A program made the translations under genes and the position numbers. The notes beneath the pieces are model-generated. The model was not told the DNA's origin, ran no database searches, and saw only the letters and a program-made list of their open reading frames with translations. A DNA stretch of 64,000 bases from the human T2T-CHM13v2.0 reference genome, Homo sapiens, in NCBI RefSeq assembly GCF_009914755.1, contig NC_060928.1. One strand, given 5' to 3'. Below are positions 13,835 through 28,696 of the stretch, in pieces. Numbering within the stretch: position 1 is the stretch's first letter; each line of letters starts with the position of its first letter.

Positions 13835-14377
13835 TGTGATGGTTAATATTGAGTGTCAATTTGATTAGATTGAAGGAGGCAAAGTATTGTTCCCGGGTGT
13901 GTCTGTGAGGGTGTTGCCAAAAACTATTAATATTTGAGTCAGTGGACTGGCAGAGGCAGATCCACCCTCAATCTGGGGAGGCACCATCTAGTCAGCTGCC
14001 AGCATGGCTAGAATAAAAGCAGGAAGAAGTTGGAAGTACTTGAATTGCTGAGTCTTCTAGCCTCCATCTTTCCCCCATGCTGGATGCTTCCTGCCCTCAA
14101 CTATAGGACTCCAAGTTCTTCAGCTTTTGGACTCTTGGACCTACACCAGTGGGTTGCCAGGGGCTCTTGGGCCTTCGGCCACAGACTGAGGGCTGCATTG
14201 TCAGCTTCCCTGTTTCTGAGGTTTGGGGACTCGAACTGGCTTCCTTGCTCCTCAGCTTGCAGATGTCCTATTGTGGGACTTCACTTTGTGATCGTGTGAG
14301 TCGATACTCCTTAATAAACTCCCCTTTATGTACACGTCTATCCTATTAGTTCTGCTCCTCTGGAGAACCCTAATACA
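13835..14377 (+). mobile_element. MLT2A (ERVL solo LTR; 543 bp, probably MLT2A2)
   Basis: Starts TGTGATGGTTAATATTGAGTGTCAA, ends GAGAACCCTAATACA; polyA signal aataaa near 14313; 5-bp TSD gtact/gtatt. Confidence 0.92.
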
Positions 14378-15159
14378 GTATTCCAATACAATTTTCAAGA
14401 TGCTTTGAATTAATATCTTGTTCTAGGATTCTTTATGGATGTCTTCAAAATATTTTAAGGGTGAAAGTCCTGTATTTTTAAATTGTATTCCCATTATTTT
14501 CTCCAGCAATCATCTGCACGCTGTACAGATGCAGCCACTGTTTCTTGAGCTATCTCTAGTTTCAAAACATAAATATTGATTATAGAAAAAAGTAAAAACC
14601 ACACTCAGAAAGCCTTCACAGATACCCTTGTGTGACTTGTATGCTTGTCACCTTGTCATAAAACCTAAAACAAACTTCTCTATCTGTTCATTTACTTATT
14701 CTGCTTCCCACTATGTTCTGAGATCATATAAAGTAGGCACACTGTATAATTCTTCTCTCTGTCCCTAGGACCATTATGCTGCCTGTTAGATAAAAGGTTT
14801 TTAATATACTGGATGAAAGAAGTATATAACTGAAAGACAGTGGTTTAACTCAACTTATATATTTTTCCACCAGTTAAATATTTATTCTTCTAGTATCTTA
14901 CACCAGGGGCTAGTGTCCCTTTACCCATTGAATAAGCATTATGGAATACCTACAGTATTTTAGGATCTGTAATAGGCAACATGAATTTACAGAAATGAAA
15001 GTCCCAGCCCCTGACATCAGCCCTAGAGAAGAAGCACATCAGCAAACAGACAATCATATGGTGGTCTAAGACACAGTAAGAGAGAAAGAAGCACAGAGGA
15101 TTCAGCCCCCAGAGGAAGCCCAACAAATTCAGCCCTAACTGTTCCCATGCACTTGGCTC

Positions 15160-15660
15160 TCTCCTCTCCCATAGGTACCAGGCTTTTTTGCACCTTGCAG
15201 CCTCCACACCTATTCTTTCCTATGCCTTGAACATGGTTTTCCCACATGTGCACATGATAGGCTCCTATTAGTTGCTCATGTTCCAGCTTCAATGTCACCT
15301 CAAAAGAAAGACTTTCCTGATATTCTAATATTAAGGCCAACCACTAATATTCTTTCTTGCATTACCTCTTTGTTTTTGGGATATGGTCTCACTTTGTTGC
15401 CCAGGCTGGAGTGCAGTGACATGACCACAGCTCACTGCAGCATTGTTTGTTTGTTTATTTTTACAAAAAGTATGAAATTCCACATTGGAATTATGTAATT
15501 TGATTTTTTAATCATTGAATGTTTTTCTTCCCCCTTAGACCATGAGTGAAGGGAGAAACTGTGTCTCTTAATTAAACACTCCATTTGAAGTGCAGAGAAC
15601 AGTCTCTAGAATAATGTAAGAGCTCAATAAACATCATTGCATAAGTGCAAGAATGAATGA
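15160..15660 (+). mobile_element. L2 3' relic with an inserted AluJ fragment
   Basis: aatgtcacctcaaaagaaagactttcctga; ends gctcaataaa...gaatgaatga. Confidence 0.6.
15370..15441 (-). mobile_element. 5'-truncated AluJ-like fragment
   Basis: ggtctcactttgttgcccaggctggagtgcagtg...cacagctcactgcagc. Confidence 0.85.
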
Positions 15661-18600
15661 GCAGAGAGTAGCCCCAAAGAAACCAATGAGATGAAGGCAC
15701 AAGAACAGCTAACAAGTAATATTTGTTTAGGATTACTTTATGATTCAAAGTGCTTTGTTATTCTTCTCTGCCCATTTGTTATAAGCAACAATTTGTAGAT
15801 GAGAAAACACAAAACACAAAGCTAAGTCTCCCTCCCAGAAATAAAGTAATACATTGTGGAATTAGAACTGATAGTCAATTTTTTTTTTTTTTTTTTTACT
15901 AAATCCTTGAATTATAACAGTACCTCAAGCAGCTTCTAGAATTGCTGAATGCACTATCCATCTTATTCTGGGGAAGCAAATATTTTACTACTCCAATGTA
16001 TCTTACAAACACAAATATTCAAGATTCTTTTGCTTCCTTAAAAGTCCTCAGACTTTTCCATTTCTGCCTCTGAAATCTTTCCTTTTATTATAATGTTCAT
16101 GATGCTCTGTTTTATATTACTTTGGCCCTGTTGTTACTCTGATAAGAAAGATTAAATTTATGGTAATATCTTGCATCTCCATGTACTTTGCATATTCTGC
16201 AGCAATTGCTCTGTTCACTGTTAATTCTTTGCCTCACCAAAGTTAATTCTTTTATTAACAATCACATGTTTTCAGTGCTCTGTCTAGCCAATATCTTCTA
16301 ATTTCTTTTTCCCATTCCCTTTATGTATTATTGAATTCTCTAAGTGAATTATTTAACTCTGCACAGCATTTTGGAATATGATTTGCATGAAACAACTTTT
16401 ACAAACTAAAAGCATATCATATTAAAATGTCTATAATTGCTTGAAGGAAATACCCTCAGGAGTGTTTTAGGCTATGTACAATGGCTGTGAAGAAGTTTTG
16501 AGTTCCAATGTGACAATAATATGAAACAAACAAAAACTACTTTCACAGATTTGACTTACACTTAAGTAGATGAATTGTGTTTATGTGCCACCTGGTTTTT
16601 TGTTGTTTTCAACTTTCTTTTTCCTTTTGACCTCAAAGGTAATGGAAAAAGAAGAAAGAGAATTTCTCCCTTAATTAATCCCCACAACAATTTTTTGGAG
16701 TGGGTATTATTATCCCCATATTACAGTTAAGTCAAAAATGTATCTGTAACAGTAAGTCAAAGAGGTTAGTTGCCTTACACGTCTTTCTGATTCCAAAGTC
16801 TCTTGCCTTTTTCTAGATGTTATCTGCCGAGAGAGTATGTGATAGAATAGTGTGACTAAATAGATTGCGCTCTGATCCCCATGCTTTTGTCACAGAACTG
16901 AGCAAAGGTAGGCTAGGGGCTTTTGAGGGAGCGACTTGTTGGTAGGTCTTCCAGAACTTGAACCTGGAAGTTAGGACCTCCTAACTAATACCATTGCTCT
17001 TAAAGTGGTACCAGCTCTGGCTGTTGCCCCCATGCTTATATTCAAACTCTTTTGCTTAACTACAAAAGCCCTTGGTTATCTAGACTTATCTATGGCTTCG
17101 ACCGAACTCATTGTTTTCTCACTTTTCTCCAGTAAGATGATATATTGCTATCTTTGCAACACTTTCCTTTCAGCTCCACAAACATGTGTTTCTGAATGGT
17201 GGAGTGAATTAGCAAGTAATTTCACATTCCATTTTCTCAGAAGGAGATGGAGCTAGGAAAAATAACAAAACCTCATCTAATAAAGATGATGCTACTCTTC
17301 CAGAGGGGCAAAGAGGCAACCTGGATGGCAAATGTAGGTTGTTTTTTATTGCCTCTCAGCTACATTATAAATCTCAGCTAACAGAATAAGTGCCCTTTCA
17401 TCAATATGGGGTTGGACTGTGGCTCAGAGAAAAATGCATGTTTATATAAACAAAGTTTGCTCATTTCATGGCAGACATGGTCAATAGGTGTTGAGGGGCC
17501 CATGTTCAGATAACTTCATGTTATTAGAACATGCTCCTTCTCTATAAGCAGGCCTTTATAAAGACTTATGTGAGGCAGACCCTAATTCCAACACACACGG
17601 GCACTCACGCACTGATAGTGTTGATCTGAGATTTGTTTGGTCCTCTGTGAATCTATATGATAAAGAACTTGTACACATGCATCTTAAATTAGAGTGTTGG
17701 ATCTGATGGAAACAGTTGGCAGAAGTAAAACTTTTTCAATCTAGGTGGCTCATAGAAGACTCCCATTATCTATAAAGGGCAAAATTGACATTTTAATCAC
17801 TCTTCATAGTTTCATGATGTATATCAGAGACCAAAATGGAGAGGATTATATTACCTTTAAAAATATCCCATGTAAGTTATGTTAACTTTTAAAGCCTATG
17901 TCAGTGTTGATTCTTCTTGAAGTGGTTCTAAGTATCTCTAGCTAGGAATGAGTTTACCCTTAAGAGCATTTCGATGTTTTTGAACTTTGCCATTGATTCA
18001 CAACAAAGCTTATTGAAGATGTAGCGTGTGCCAGGAAATGTGTGCAGCTTTAAAGATGCTGAAACTAGCAAGTTGACATAAGTGCATACATCAAGTTTCC
18101 CCATAGGAGCATGAATTGCCTAAGCTTGAAAGTAAAAGACCTCTCTTTTGAATAGGCACCAGTAAATTTCCCAATTCTAGCTTCTTGAAACTTAGCACAC
18201 CAAATAAGCTGAGTTTGCTAAATGCAATGTATAATGTTCTCTTTTTTCAAAAATTACGCTATACTCAAAGAATAAATTTGCAAAATTGAATTTGCCCAAC
18301 CCAGGGAACTACTACTAGGTATTACTAGGAATTAAATCAGTTTTGCATATCTTGGCCTTCTAATCCCTACTGTGATAGTCATGGATGTTAATGTTCAAAT
18401 ACTAATATAAAAATGACACTTAGGTACCAGTTTGTTCTGTTCTTAACAAACTTTGTATTATAAAAATTGCATTATAAAAGCAAAATTTTTTTCAATGTGG
18501 GAGTATGGTTTGAGGAGTTTAGATTCCTATTTAAAATTACAAACTTTCTGCAGAGATTTAAATGGCAAAATGTTTAAACAAACAGAACATAAATGCTTAG

Positions 18601-19627
18601 GTATACAGTCTTGAAATCACCAAGAAAATCCAAAATTTGGTTATATCTTGTTCTTGACCAATAATAATATGTGACTAATAATCTCACAATATTTATAATC
18701 ACTAGCACCATTATTTGCATATTACTGCTATCCATTCATATACTTCTGTCATCTTTATCTTCCTTTGTTACAATAAAAAAGGCACAAAGTCAATGAATTA
18801 AAGCAACAATGCTCATGAGGAATAATTTCCTGATCATGTCACTAGTCTGTGACCTCAGCACAATGCCACACATGTTCTCAAAAACAGCAACCATTTGTTA
18901 AATTCTTACTATTTTCTACATATAAGCACTTCTGTGTACACTATTTAATTTACCCTTACTTCAGCTGTGTGAGATTGGTACTGATTGTAGTCCCACATTA
19001 GCAGGAATAAAGTGGCTTCTAAACTACTAAATAGCCACACTGGGATTTGAATCCCAGTAATGGTGTCTCCACAGACCATCTTCTTATACAGCCCACCTTG
19101 ATGGTTCCTCTCATTAATTAGCTGTCATTATGAAAATGAGAGCTGTAGAAATGCCTTGCTTTATCGACACAAGTCAGGTTGTAAGGAAGAATTAGTACAT
19201 TTTGCTGTATAAAAAATTTGAACATAATACACAAGAAAGGAACATATGTTAATGGGGTCCGTTATAAACTTTCAGTTATTCCTTACTCAAGCAGTAACAA
19301 CCATTCTGACCCACTGTGCTTAAAAGGTACATCTTTTTGTGATTTAAATTATGTTTCTCTTCACCGATTCTGATGATTTTCTCTAGTTTGTTTTATAATA
19401 TTCATGCTGCATTTTCTACTCCTTGCTTTGGTACTCCTTTTATCAGCAATAGAAAAAATGCATTTCATTTATATGCTAGGCAAAATTGTAGTCTTTAAGC
19501 AGCATTTCTTTATTAGTTCATAGTTGTTTTCTAAGAATAACTTTGCTTCATAAGAATGGGTCATGCCATCTATTGTTCAACATGTGCAATAGATAAATAT
19601 AAGACCTCTGAAATCACACTGTTTTAA

Positions 19628-19996
<369 letters not shown>

Positions 19997-19997
19997 A

Positions 19998-20847
19998 TGT
20001 TTTGTTTTTCTTAAATTTTAGTTTCGGGGTCCATGGTTTGTTACATGGATATATTGTGTGATGCTGAGGTTTGGGCGTCTAATGATCCTGTCACCCAAAG
20101 AGTGAAGATAGTACCCAACAAGTAGTTTTTCAACCCATCCCCTCTCTCCCTCCTTACCTGTTTTGGAATCTCCAGTGTTTATTGATCCCATCTTTTTGTT
20201 CATGTGTACCCAATGTTTAACTGCCACTTATAAGTGAGAATATGCAGTCTTGGTTTTTCTGTTTCTGCATTAATTCACTTAGGATAGTGGCCTCCGGCTC
20301 CATTTCTGTTGCTGCAAAGGGCATGATTTCTTTCTTTTTTATGGCTGCATAGTATTCCATGGTATGTGTATCACATTTTCTTTCTCCAGTCCACTACTGA
20401 TGGGCACCTGGGTTGATTCTATGCCTTTGCTATTGTGAATAATGCTGCAATAACATATGAGTGCAGGTGTCTTTTTAGTCAAATGATTTATTTTTATTTG
20501 GGTATATATCCAGTAATGGTGCTGAGTCAAATGGTAATTCTAGTTTTAGTTCTTTGAAAAATCTCCACATTGCTTTCTGCAGGGGCTGAGCTCATTTTCA
20601 TTCCCACCAACAATGTATAAGCATTCCCTTTTCTCTGTAACCTTGCTAACATCAGTTATTTTCTGATTTTTAAACAATAGCCATCCTGACTGGCGTCAGA
20701 TGCTAGGTATCTCACTGTATTTTTGATTTGTGTCTCTGACGATTAGTGATGTTGAGCATTTTTTCATGTTTCTTTGCCACTTGTCTGTCTTCTTTTGAGA
20801 AATGTCTGTTCATATCCTTTGCCCACTTTTTAATGGGGTTATTTGTG
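19998..20847 (-). mobile_element. 5'-truncated older primate L1 (L1PA15-16/L1PB-like)
   Basis: gatgctgaggtttggg...gatcctgtcaccca...tagtacccaa 3' UTR followed by reversed ORF2 3' end. Confidence 0.9.
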
Positions 20848-20954
20848 TTTAACCTCTTTAAATCTTAGTTTAGTAATCTGTAAGGTGTAAATAATAGTTA
20901 ACTTACAGTGAAGTATTTGCAACAGTGTAAAAGCCCTATAAATATTAGATGTTT

Positions 20955-21100
20955 CTTACCAGGTTAAGGATGTTTCCTTGTCTTTCTGATTTATTGAATC
21001 TTTTCATCATGAATGGATGACGAATTTGTCATAGGCATTTTCTATATCAATTGACATAATCATATGGCTTATCTTCTTTAGATTGTTAGTATGTTGAACT
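20955..21100 (-). mobile_element. L1M ORF2 fragment
   Basis: tcatgaatggatg...gcattttctatatcaattgacataatcatatgg. Confidence 0.65.
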
Positions 21101-21199
21101 ACCTGATGTCCTATATTATCTACTTTCCAGCTAGCTCTCTGATATTATTCTTTTTCTCTGTCTCTACTTCAGTGTATCACCTCCTTTCTGTTTCTTCGT

Positions 21200-21610
21200 A
21201 ACTTCGTGTTCCCTCTAGATTTCCCCCAAGATATCACCATGGCTAGTATCTTTACTTCCCTCAAGTCTTTGCTCATATTTTATCTTCTTTTTGAGTCATA
21301 CCTTAACTATTCATTCAATAATGTAACCTGAACCTAGTACTTCTGGTTCTTCTTAATTAGAACCAATTTTTAGTAGTATTTATTTCCTTCCAATCTATTA
21401 TATAACTTACTTTTCATTGTATTTACTGAATATTTTTCCTGTTTCTCTATCCCAATTCCTCCTCTCTCCCTTTAGCCCTATCCCCACAAAAATATAAGCT
21501 CCATGAAGGCAAGGGTTTTTATTTCTTTTGTTTTTTGATGTATCCTAAGTACCTAGAATTGGCTCATGGTAGATGCTACATCCATGTTAGTTGAATGAAT
21601 GACTGATTAA
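21200..21610 (+). mobile_element. L2 3' relic
   Basis: tataagctccatgaaggcaagg...gtacctagaa...ttgaatgaatga. Confidence 0.7.
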
Positions 21611-21837
21611 CAAAAGAAAATTTTCTTTTGTTAGCCTCATTCTTACCATTGCAGGTGAATTCCACAAGAAGAAGTGGGGCATGGAAACAGGGAGCATCAT
21701 ATTATCTTTGAGACTTCAGAGGAAATAGAAATATACCATAGTAAGAAATACACTTGTCTTGATAAAGCAAGGTATGCCATAATATACCAAAAGAAAGAGA
21801 AATATACCATATGATTCAATAAGAAATATACCATAGA

Positions 21838-21838
<1 letters not shown>

Positions 21839-21910
<72 letters not shown>
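21839..21910. repeat. Compound microsatellite (AC)17(AG)19
   Basis: Direct reading. Confidence 0.97.
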
Positions 21911-21915
<5 letters not shown>

Positions 21916-23839
21916 GGAAGGATCTATGATTGGCCAAATTTTGGTAGTATTTCTAAAGCTGTTGTCAGGGATAGTACAAAGAAAGGGGTCTTTCTCATGA
22001 ATTAGACCATGTGGATCTTGGGTTAGGGTAAACTAAGGCCATTTACCCAAATAAAGTATTGTGTCTTACTAGAAGAAAAAGGTGAGGAGATGTTGGACAA
22101 ACAAAATCTGTAGATGTTTATCTACGTTGTCTATGTTAATGTGACACCTCTAAGACACATCTTTACTTGAGTAAAGAGCCAAAATGATCAGATATGTCAG
22201 TCCACTTTAAATCTCCTCAAAACAGGAGTCATTCAAAAAGCTGGCACAGCTAGCTCTTATAAGTTCCTTTTTTAAGCATGGAAAAACTCAGAAAATTTAG
22301 TTGATATTGTTTTTTTGCTCCCAGACCTTTTCAACTAATCACACTGTTAGCTCTTTTTAAATGTACATTAAGAGGGTTCTTGGGTAGCTAGAAAGTTTAT
22401 GTTTATTTTAAACATAAAAATATTTATGTTTAGTCAGCAAAGAGAACTTTTTCATTTTGGCAAAACTGTCCCCAACTTATAGCAATTAAGGAAACATACA
22501 GAATTGAGATGTGATAGTACAAATGAAAACAAACAAGATTTTACAATGAATGTAAATAGCAATGTCAAGAACGCAGTTTAAAAAGGGAAGTTATTCAAAA
22601 TACCAAGTTCTCTCTAGCATCAGTATTTACCTGTATCTGAAATAAAATTATAGAGACTGAAAAAATACCAATTACATTTACATTATATTATTTAATTAAT
22701 AGTATATTTCATTCATTTAATTTGTAAATCACATTTAAATATTATTTCCTGTTTAACAGATTATTTGATAATCTTAATAAAATTAAGGGATAGAAATTGT
22801 TATCGCATCTTACATATGAGGACACTAAATTCTTAATAGTTTCATTTTCTCAATATCATTCAGCTGGTACATGGTCAGGTGGGGTATCACACTAACTTAG
22901 GATTCTCTGATTCTAAATGTGATTTTCCTACATTAGACAACAATAATTTTCTCCTAAGAGACTTGAGACTATTTTCTTCTAAATCACAATATCATAAACG
23001 TCACCAAACTGTTATAAGTAAGGCTGACTACACGGCAGCCCGACTGATCCAGGTTCATTAGGTTCAAAAGCTCTTCCTGTTATCTTTGTATGAATCCAAG
23101 ATCTAAACCATTGAAGGCTCATACACTGATTCTTTTACTTATTACTAATACAAGACCAGGGTTAAAAATAAAAATCAATTAGTGAAATGCAGAAATGAAA
23201 ATGCATATTTAAATCAATCTTTATTATTGGAAAGTTGATCCTTAGAGTAAGAATGATTAACTCTACCCAAGAAAGCATTCCAGATGAAAAGTATGTTATT
23301 GGCTATACTGTAACTATAACATCATGTAATGAAACATCATGTAATGAATCTGTGAACTTCTATTATGTCATTATCTGTAGCAAAGATTTCAAGTAATTAA
23401 AAACTGAGTTCATTCTTATAACCATAAAATATTTCAGAAAAGTGTTATTATTTTCATTAACTTGAGCTAAAAACAACATTAGAACCCATGAGACTGAATA
23501 AAGTAAATGGAAACAAGCAGGCTACTGTTTTAAAGAATGCAAATATTGTTAACCAAAGAGAACAATGCTATCTGTCTATATTGTGATATCAATTAACTTC
23601 CACTTGTGGTAGTAAACAGCATTGGAATTCCAGTTAGACTATTGATGACAGGTTCTATTAGCTGAGAATTCTATTACCTTGTTGGATAAAGTTGAGCAAG
23701 TCACTTAATTCTCTGGGTCACTCTGCATTCATCCATTAAATATGGATACTCTTGCCAGTTTATAAATAATTTATTAAGGTACAGTAGGAACACATATGCA
23801 CAAATACACAGTAAACCATAAAGTCCTCAACATATATAA

Positions 23840-24097
<258 letters not shown>

Positions 24098-25189
24098 TAA
24101 ATGCATTATTAATCACTCTAAAAATACCCTTTCAATGGTTTTGTCACTGCTGTCATTGACCAGAGTATCTTCTAACCAAAACTTGTTTTACTTAACAGAG
24201 AGGTAATGGGGGTGGGTGGGGGATTATTGATATTATGAGATGCTTTTGCTTCTTGTAAACCTGAACACTTAACTTTATAGATGTAGCCATTAATGGGAAT
24301 ATTCTATGTCTCTCTGTGTGTTGTGAGTGTGAGTGTACTTTAAGGAAAGGGTTTGTAATGCTAAGAAACATGTAGCTGTAGCATTGAGAATTTTACTACA
24401 AAATTACTAACCAGAAAATATGCAACAGTAATGTATTTTCTAAGTAACCCTTGAATAGTATGTTCAAAATTTATATAAAGAAATGGTTACCATGGCATCC
24501 TTGCAGTACCTGAAATCAAAAATAGCAATTTTAGTATTGTTCCTCAGACTGAAAAATATACATGTGTAGAAAGATCACTTGGGGTTAATAGCATAAAAGC
24601 ATGTCCATGGAGGCATTATAACATATATTCCAATGAGGATTCTTTTTCAGGGAGGAAAATGAGTTAAAAGAATTTAAAATAAAACATATATAACTTGTAT
24701 TTGTGTAACTATACAATAATTACATTTATGCAAATAAAGATTAGAAAATGTTTTAAAAACATCCAATTTCATGTCCTTTGATGAACTACCTGCATTTACC
24801 TTTACTCTTATGATTCCCTGATAGGCATTTTGGCCTCTAACTTGCCATATTACTAGTATTCCTCAGAATGTGTTTCCTACACAAGCAAAGTTCTTTCATG
24901 GCTTTTTGTTTTATAGGATGACTCCACTTGACTTCCATGCCCTTTTCACATCTCACAACATCTCTTCTTGGTGACTCTGCTCCATTCTTAAAGATTAAAC
25001 TGAAAAGATTCATACTTTGAACTTTCCTCTACTACCTAGTGCTATTAGGAGCTTCTCTGTGCCTGATGTAATTATTTTGGTTACTTCTGTAATAATGCGA
25101 TGTAACAATAGCTTACAAGTCAGACTCACCAACATAACATGAGATCCTTAAGAGAAAGGTTCACAAAGCAAAGTATTACTATATTCAGG

Positions 25190-25830
25190 TTTATTTATTT
25201 ATTCATTCTCCATCTCAACAAGCATTTAAGGAACACTTACCATAGGTTAAACCACCATCAATAAAATTTACACAATCTCAACTCCTAGTAGGGAGGTAAA
25301 TACGTATTGAAGAATCTTAGAAGCAATTTTTAAAATGATAACCATGATAAATTCTGTGAAGGTGAGGGAAATGGTACTAGAGTTCCTGTGATAAGGGAAT
25401 CTGGCTTAATGCAGCAGATCAGAAAAGGTCACCTTGTGACAGGTTTTGGAACCCAAATAAAGCTGATATGGCTGGAGCAGAACCTTACGGGAAAATGAGC
25501 CGAAATAACGGTGAGGATCAGACCTGTTTGGAGTTCTGCCTCTGTACTAAGAAAAATGGAAAGTTGCTAGAAGCTGTAATGGAAGATGACAACATCAACA
25601 AAGAACAAGATCATACTGTCTTCAGTATGTGTGAATCAAATGGCAAACGTCTCATGATGTCCAGATAGAGATGATGGCAATTTGAATCAGATGGAGAGTA
25701 CCAGTCAGATTTATGATATCGTTAGCAGTTGACATTAATACATTTTTGGTGTATAGAGGAGTTGGCAGATTGAGAGTTCGCCAAGTGCCAAGGATGCTGT
25801 CCAGGTTTCTGGCTTGAGCTAGGCAAGCTG
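25190..25830 (-). mobile_element. L2 relic
   Basis: tttattcattc...caacaagcatttaaggaacactta start; ccaaggatgctgtccaggtttctggcttgagc. Confidence 0.55.
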
Positions 25831-26340
25831 ACAATTAGATTAGGAGCTCCTAGAGGAAAAAAGTGGCTCTGGTTCAGCCTATGGCTTCTTCAAAGTCCTG
25901 GTTCTTTCTCAGTGCATTGGACAGCATATTAAGTCAGTGTTTGCTAACTAAGGTTATTAATTGTTTGTATTTAAAAACAATTATTATATTTATGGCACTG
26001 TATTTAGTAGTTATTTCACTTTTTCTTTCTTCTAAAGTTAAATGTAAGGTGAAATTCCTTCCCTTAAGACGCTTATTATGGTTCAATTAGAGATACAAGT
26101 ACATATTCTCTTATTTTGTCATGATGTAGTGTTCTAGGTATTTTAAAATCTATGATTTTAAAGGGTGTATTTTAAAATCTATGATTTTAAAAGGTCTATT
26201 AGGATCACAAGGACATAAGAAACTTACTAGAGTTAAAAAGATGTGAGATAAAAATATAATGCAAATAATGAAATTTAAATATGGCCTTAAGAGATGGGCA
26301 TAATTTTGAAAGGCAACTGTTGGTATTTTGGCAGAGTAAA

Positions 26341-26341
26341 T

Positions 26342-26384
<43 letters not shown>

Positions 26385-26500
26385 TTTTAGAGAAAGGGTC
26401 TCACTGTTCTGCTCAGGCTGGACTAGAACTCCTGGGTTCAAGTGATGTTCCTGCTGCAGCTTCTTCAGTAGCTGTGACTACAGGTGCATACCACCACCCC
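26341..26500 (-). mobile_element. Alu monomer (FLAM/FAM-like) with (TTTA)n tail
   Basis: Single-arm Alu; tail has become (TTTA) repeats at 26341-26388. Confidence 0.85.
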
Positions 26501-27877
26501 TCTCAAATAATGGCATGGACATAAGAATGTGGCAGGGTGATACATGGAGAGGATGAGGTCGAATTTGGTGGGATACATGTTTGAGATAAAAAAACAAAGT
26601 CAGCTAGAAAGGCTGATTTGAGTTTTGATTGATAGAACGAGGATTATTTGCTTGATTTAATAAGTGGAAAGTTTTTTTGAGTTAAAAACAATAGCAATGG
26701 AAAGCCTTTTTTTGTTGTTGTTAGATACAATACTTGATAAGAATTGGAGTGGAGGAGTGCTAGGATACTGGAAGATGCTAGATAAGTATAAAAGGTTGAT
26801 AAAATAGACACAAAGTATTGTATCTTTCCAAAATGTGGAGAAGTTAAGCATAACAAGGGGGCAATATTCACATTTTAAAACCTAAATATAAATTGTTTAG
26901 GCCATACAGGTAAAGATATTTGAAATAAAAAGAAATAGAAAGCATTCATGATCAGCTCAATTTCATATTTATGCGTAATACATAAAAAGCAAATCTTATT
27001 TTAGACTTTTTTTGGTTAATCACACTTGGGTCTCCTGTTATTTTTATTAAAGTAAAAAGTACAGAAAATCTAAAATTCTGTGATTTTTAACACATATGTG
27101 ACCTAGAGAGACTACATTTTGATTTAAGCTTGAATAAGCATATTTTATGTTGTTTCAATAAGTTAGTAAACACTGCTTTTCATTTAGAAGATAAGTACTT
27201 TGTTGTAAAACTACTGAATCCAGTTCAACAAAAATGTTTCAGTACTTACGAGGGGAATGAGTTTGCTGCTGAGTAAATATGAACTTGAAAGTTAATGATT
27301 AATCTTTCTCCTCAAGGAATTCAGCTAAGCTTTAAGAACTTGTAAAGATTTGGAGATTTAATTAAATACGAAGTTATTTGAGGACAGGAAAATGCCTTTT
27401 GGATTTATGCCAGAGCTTTATAAATGTATATAGTTAAAATATTGTCTGTGTTGACAGATTTCTTCTAGTAATTATATTATTAATGGCAGGGGTATTTTAA
27501 TGAACCCTTACTATGTAAATATGTTGTTAAGCACTTACACATTTTTGTTTACTTAATTTCACTGAACTCTTATTTTCCAGAGGGAAAATTAGCATTTCAC
27601 AACCTAGCTGAAAAATACCTGCCATTATTTATTCATTTATTTGATGAAATTTATTCATAATCTACTACATTTCAGTCTGATAAAGATATAACCTAGACAG
27701 GGGAGGCCAGAGGGGAATTCTCAGTTAATGTTGAAGGTAAATTGAAAGTGTGATTAAGTCCCATTCATGCAAGAGGACGGGCAAACATTCTAGAATCAGA
27801 AAGCATAAGAATATCACAGAGGTGAGAAGCAGCAGTGGTAGAAGGGATAAGATATGTAAATGAATGCAAATGTATTA

Positions 27878-28066
<189 letters not shown>

Positions 28067-28696
28067 TAGAAACTCAAATTTCAAAGCGAAAAATGGAGAG
28101 CCATCAGTGACTAGTTTGGATTCATGTTTCAGACGAACCACATTGGTCTCTGAAAGGAGAATGGACCTGGAGAACAAGACAGGAAGACAATATCAGGTAG
28201 GAGGCTCTGGGATCAGTTAAGACAACTGGCCATGAAGACTTCAATGAAGGGGGCAGTAGTGGGAAGGAATTGTATTTAAGGAACATTTACTTGATGTACA
28301 GTCTGCATAACTTTCGTTTGACTAAATTTGAAGCATGAGAGTAAAAGAGGAAGAAATGTGGATATATTTGTAAAAATGATACTGGATTGTATAATAAATA
28401 AATTATAAATTTCCATGGCTTGATAAAATAGAGCTTTATTTCTCAGAGACTTTCCAGAACAGATGTTCCTGACAGATGACTGTCTTTCTTCCATGTGGTG
28501 ACTTAGGGAACCCAAATGTATCACCCTGTGACTCTGTCATGCCCTCATGCCTTGGAATTCTTTTCATACAACTAGTAGAGAGGGAAATAGAGTACCAGGA
28601 AGAAGAGATACTTCCTCGAAGCTCCAGACTGACAATTACATATATAACTTCCACTTATATTGCACTGTCTATTAGTCACATGGCTAGGTCTGAATA

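Noticed and set aside
21727-21835. CRISPR-like repeat-spacer pattern
   Set aside because: Repeats are only 14 bp, spacers are irregular (57 and 10 bp), there are no cas genes, and the context is primate DNA
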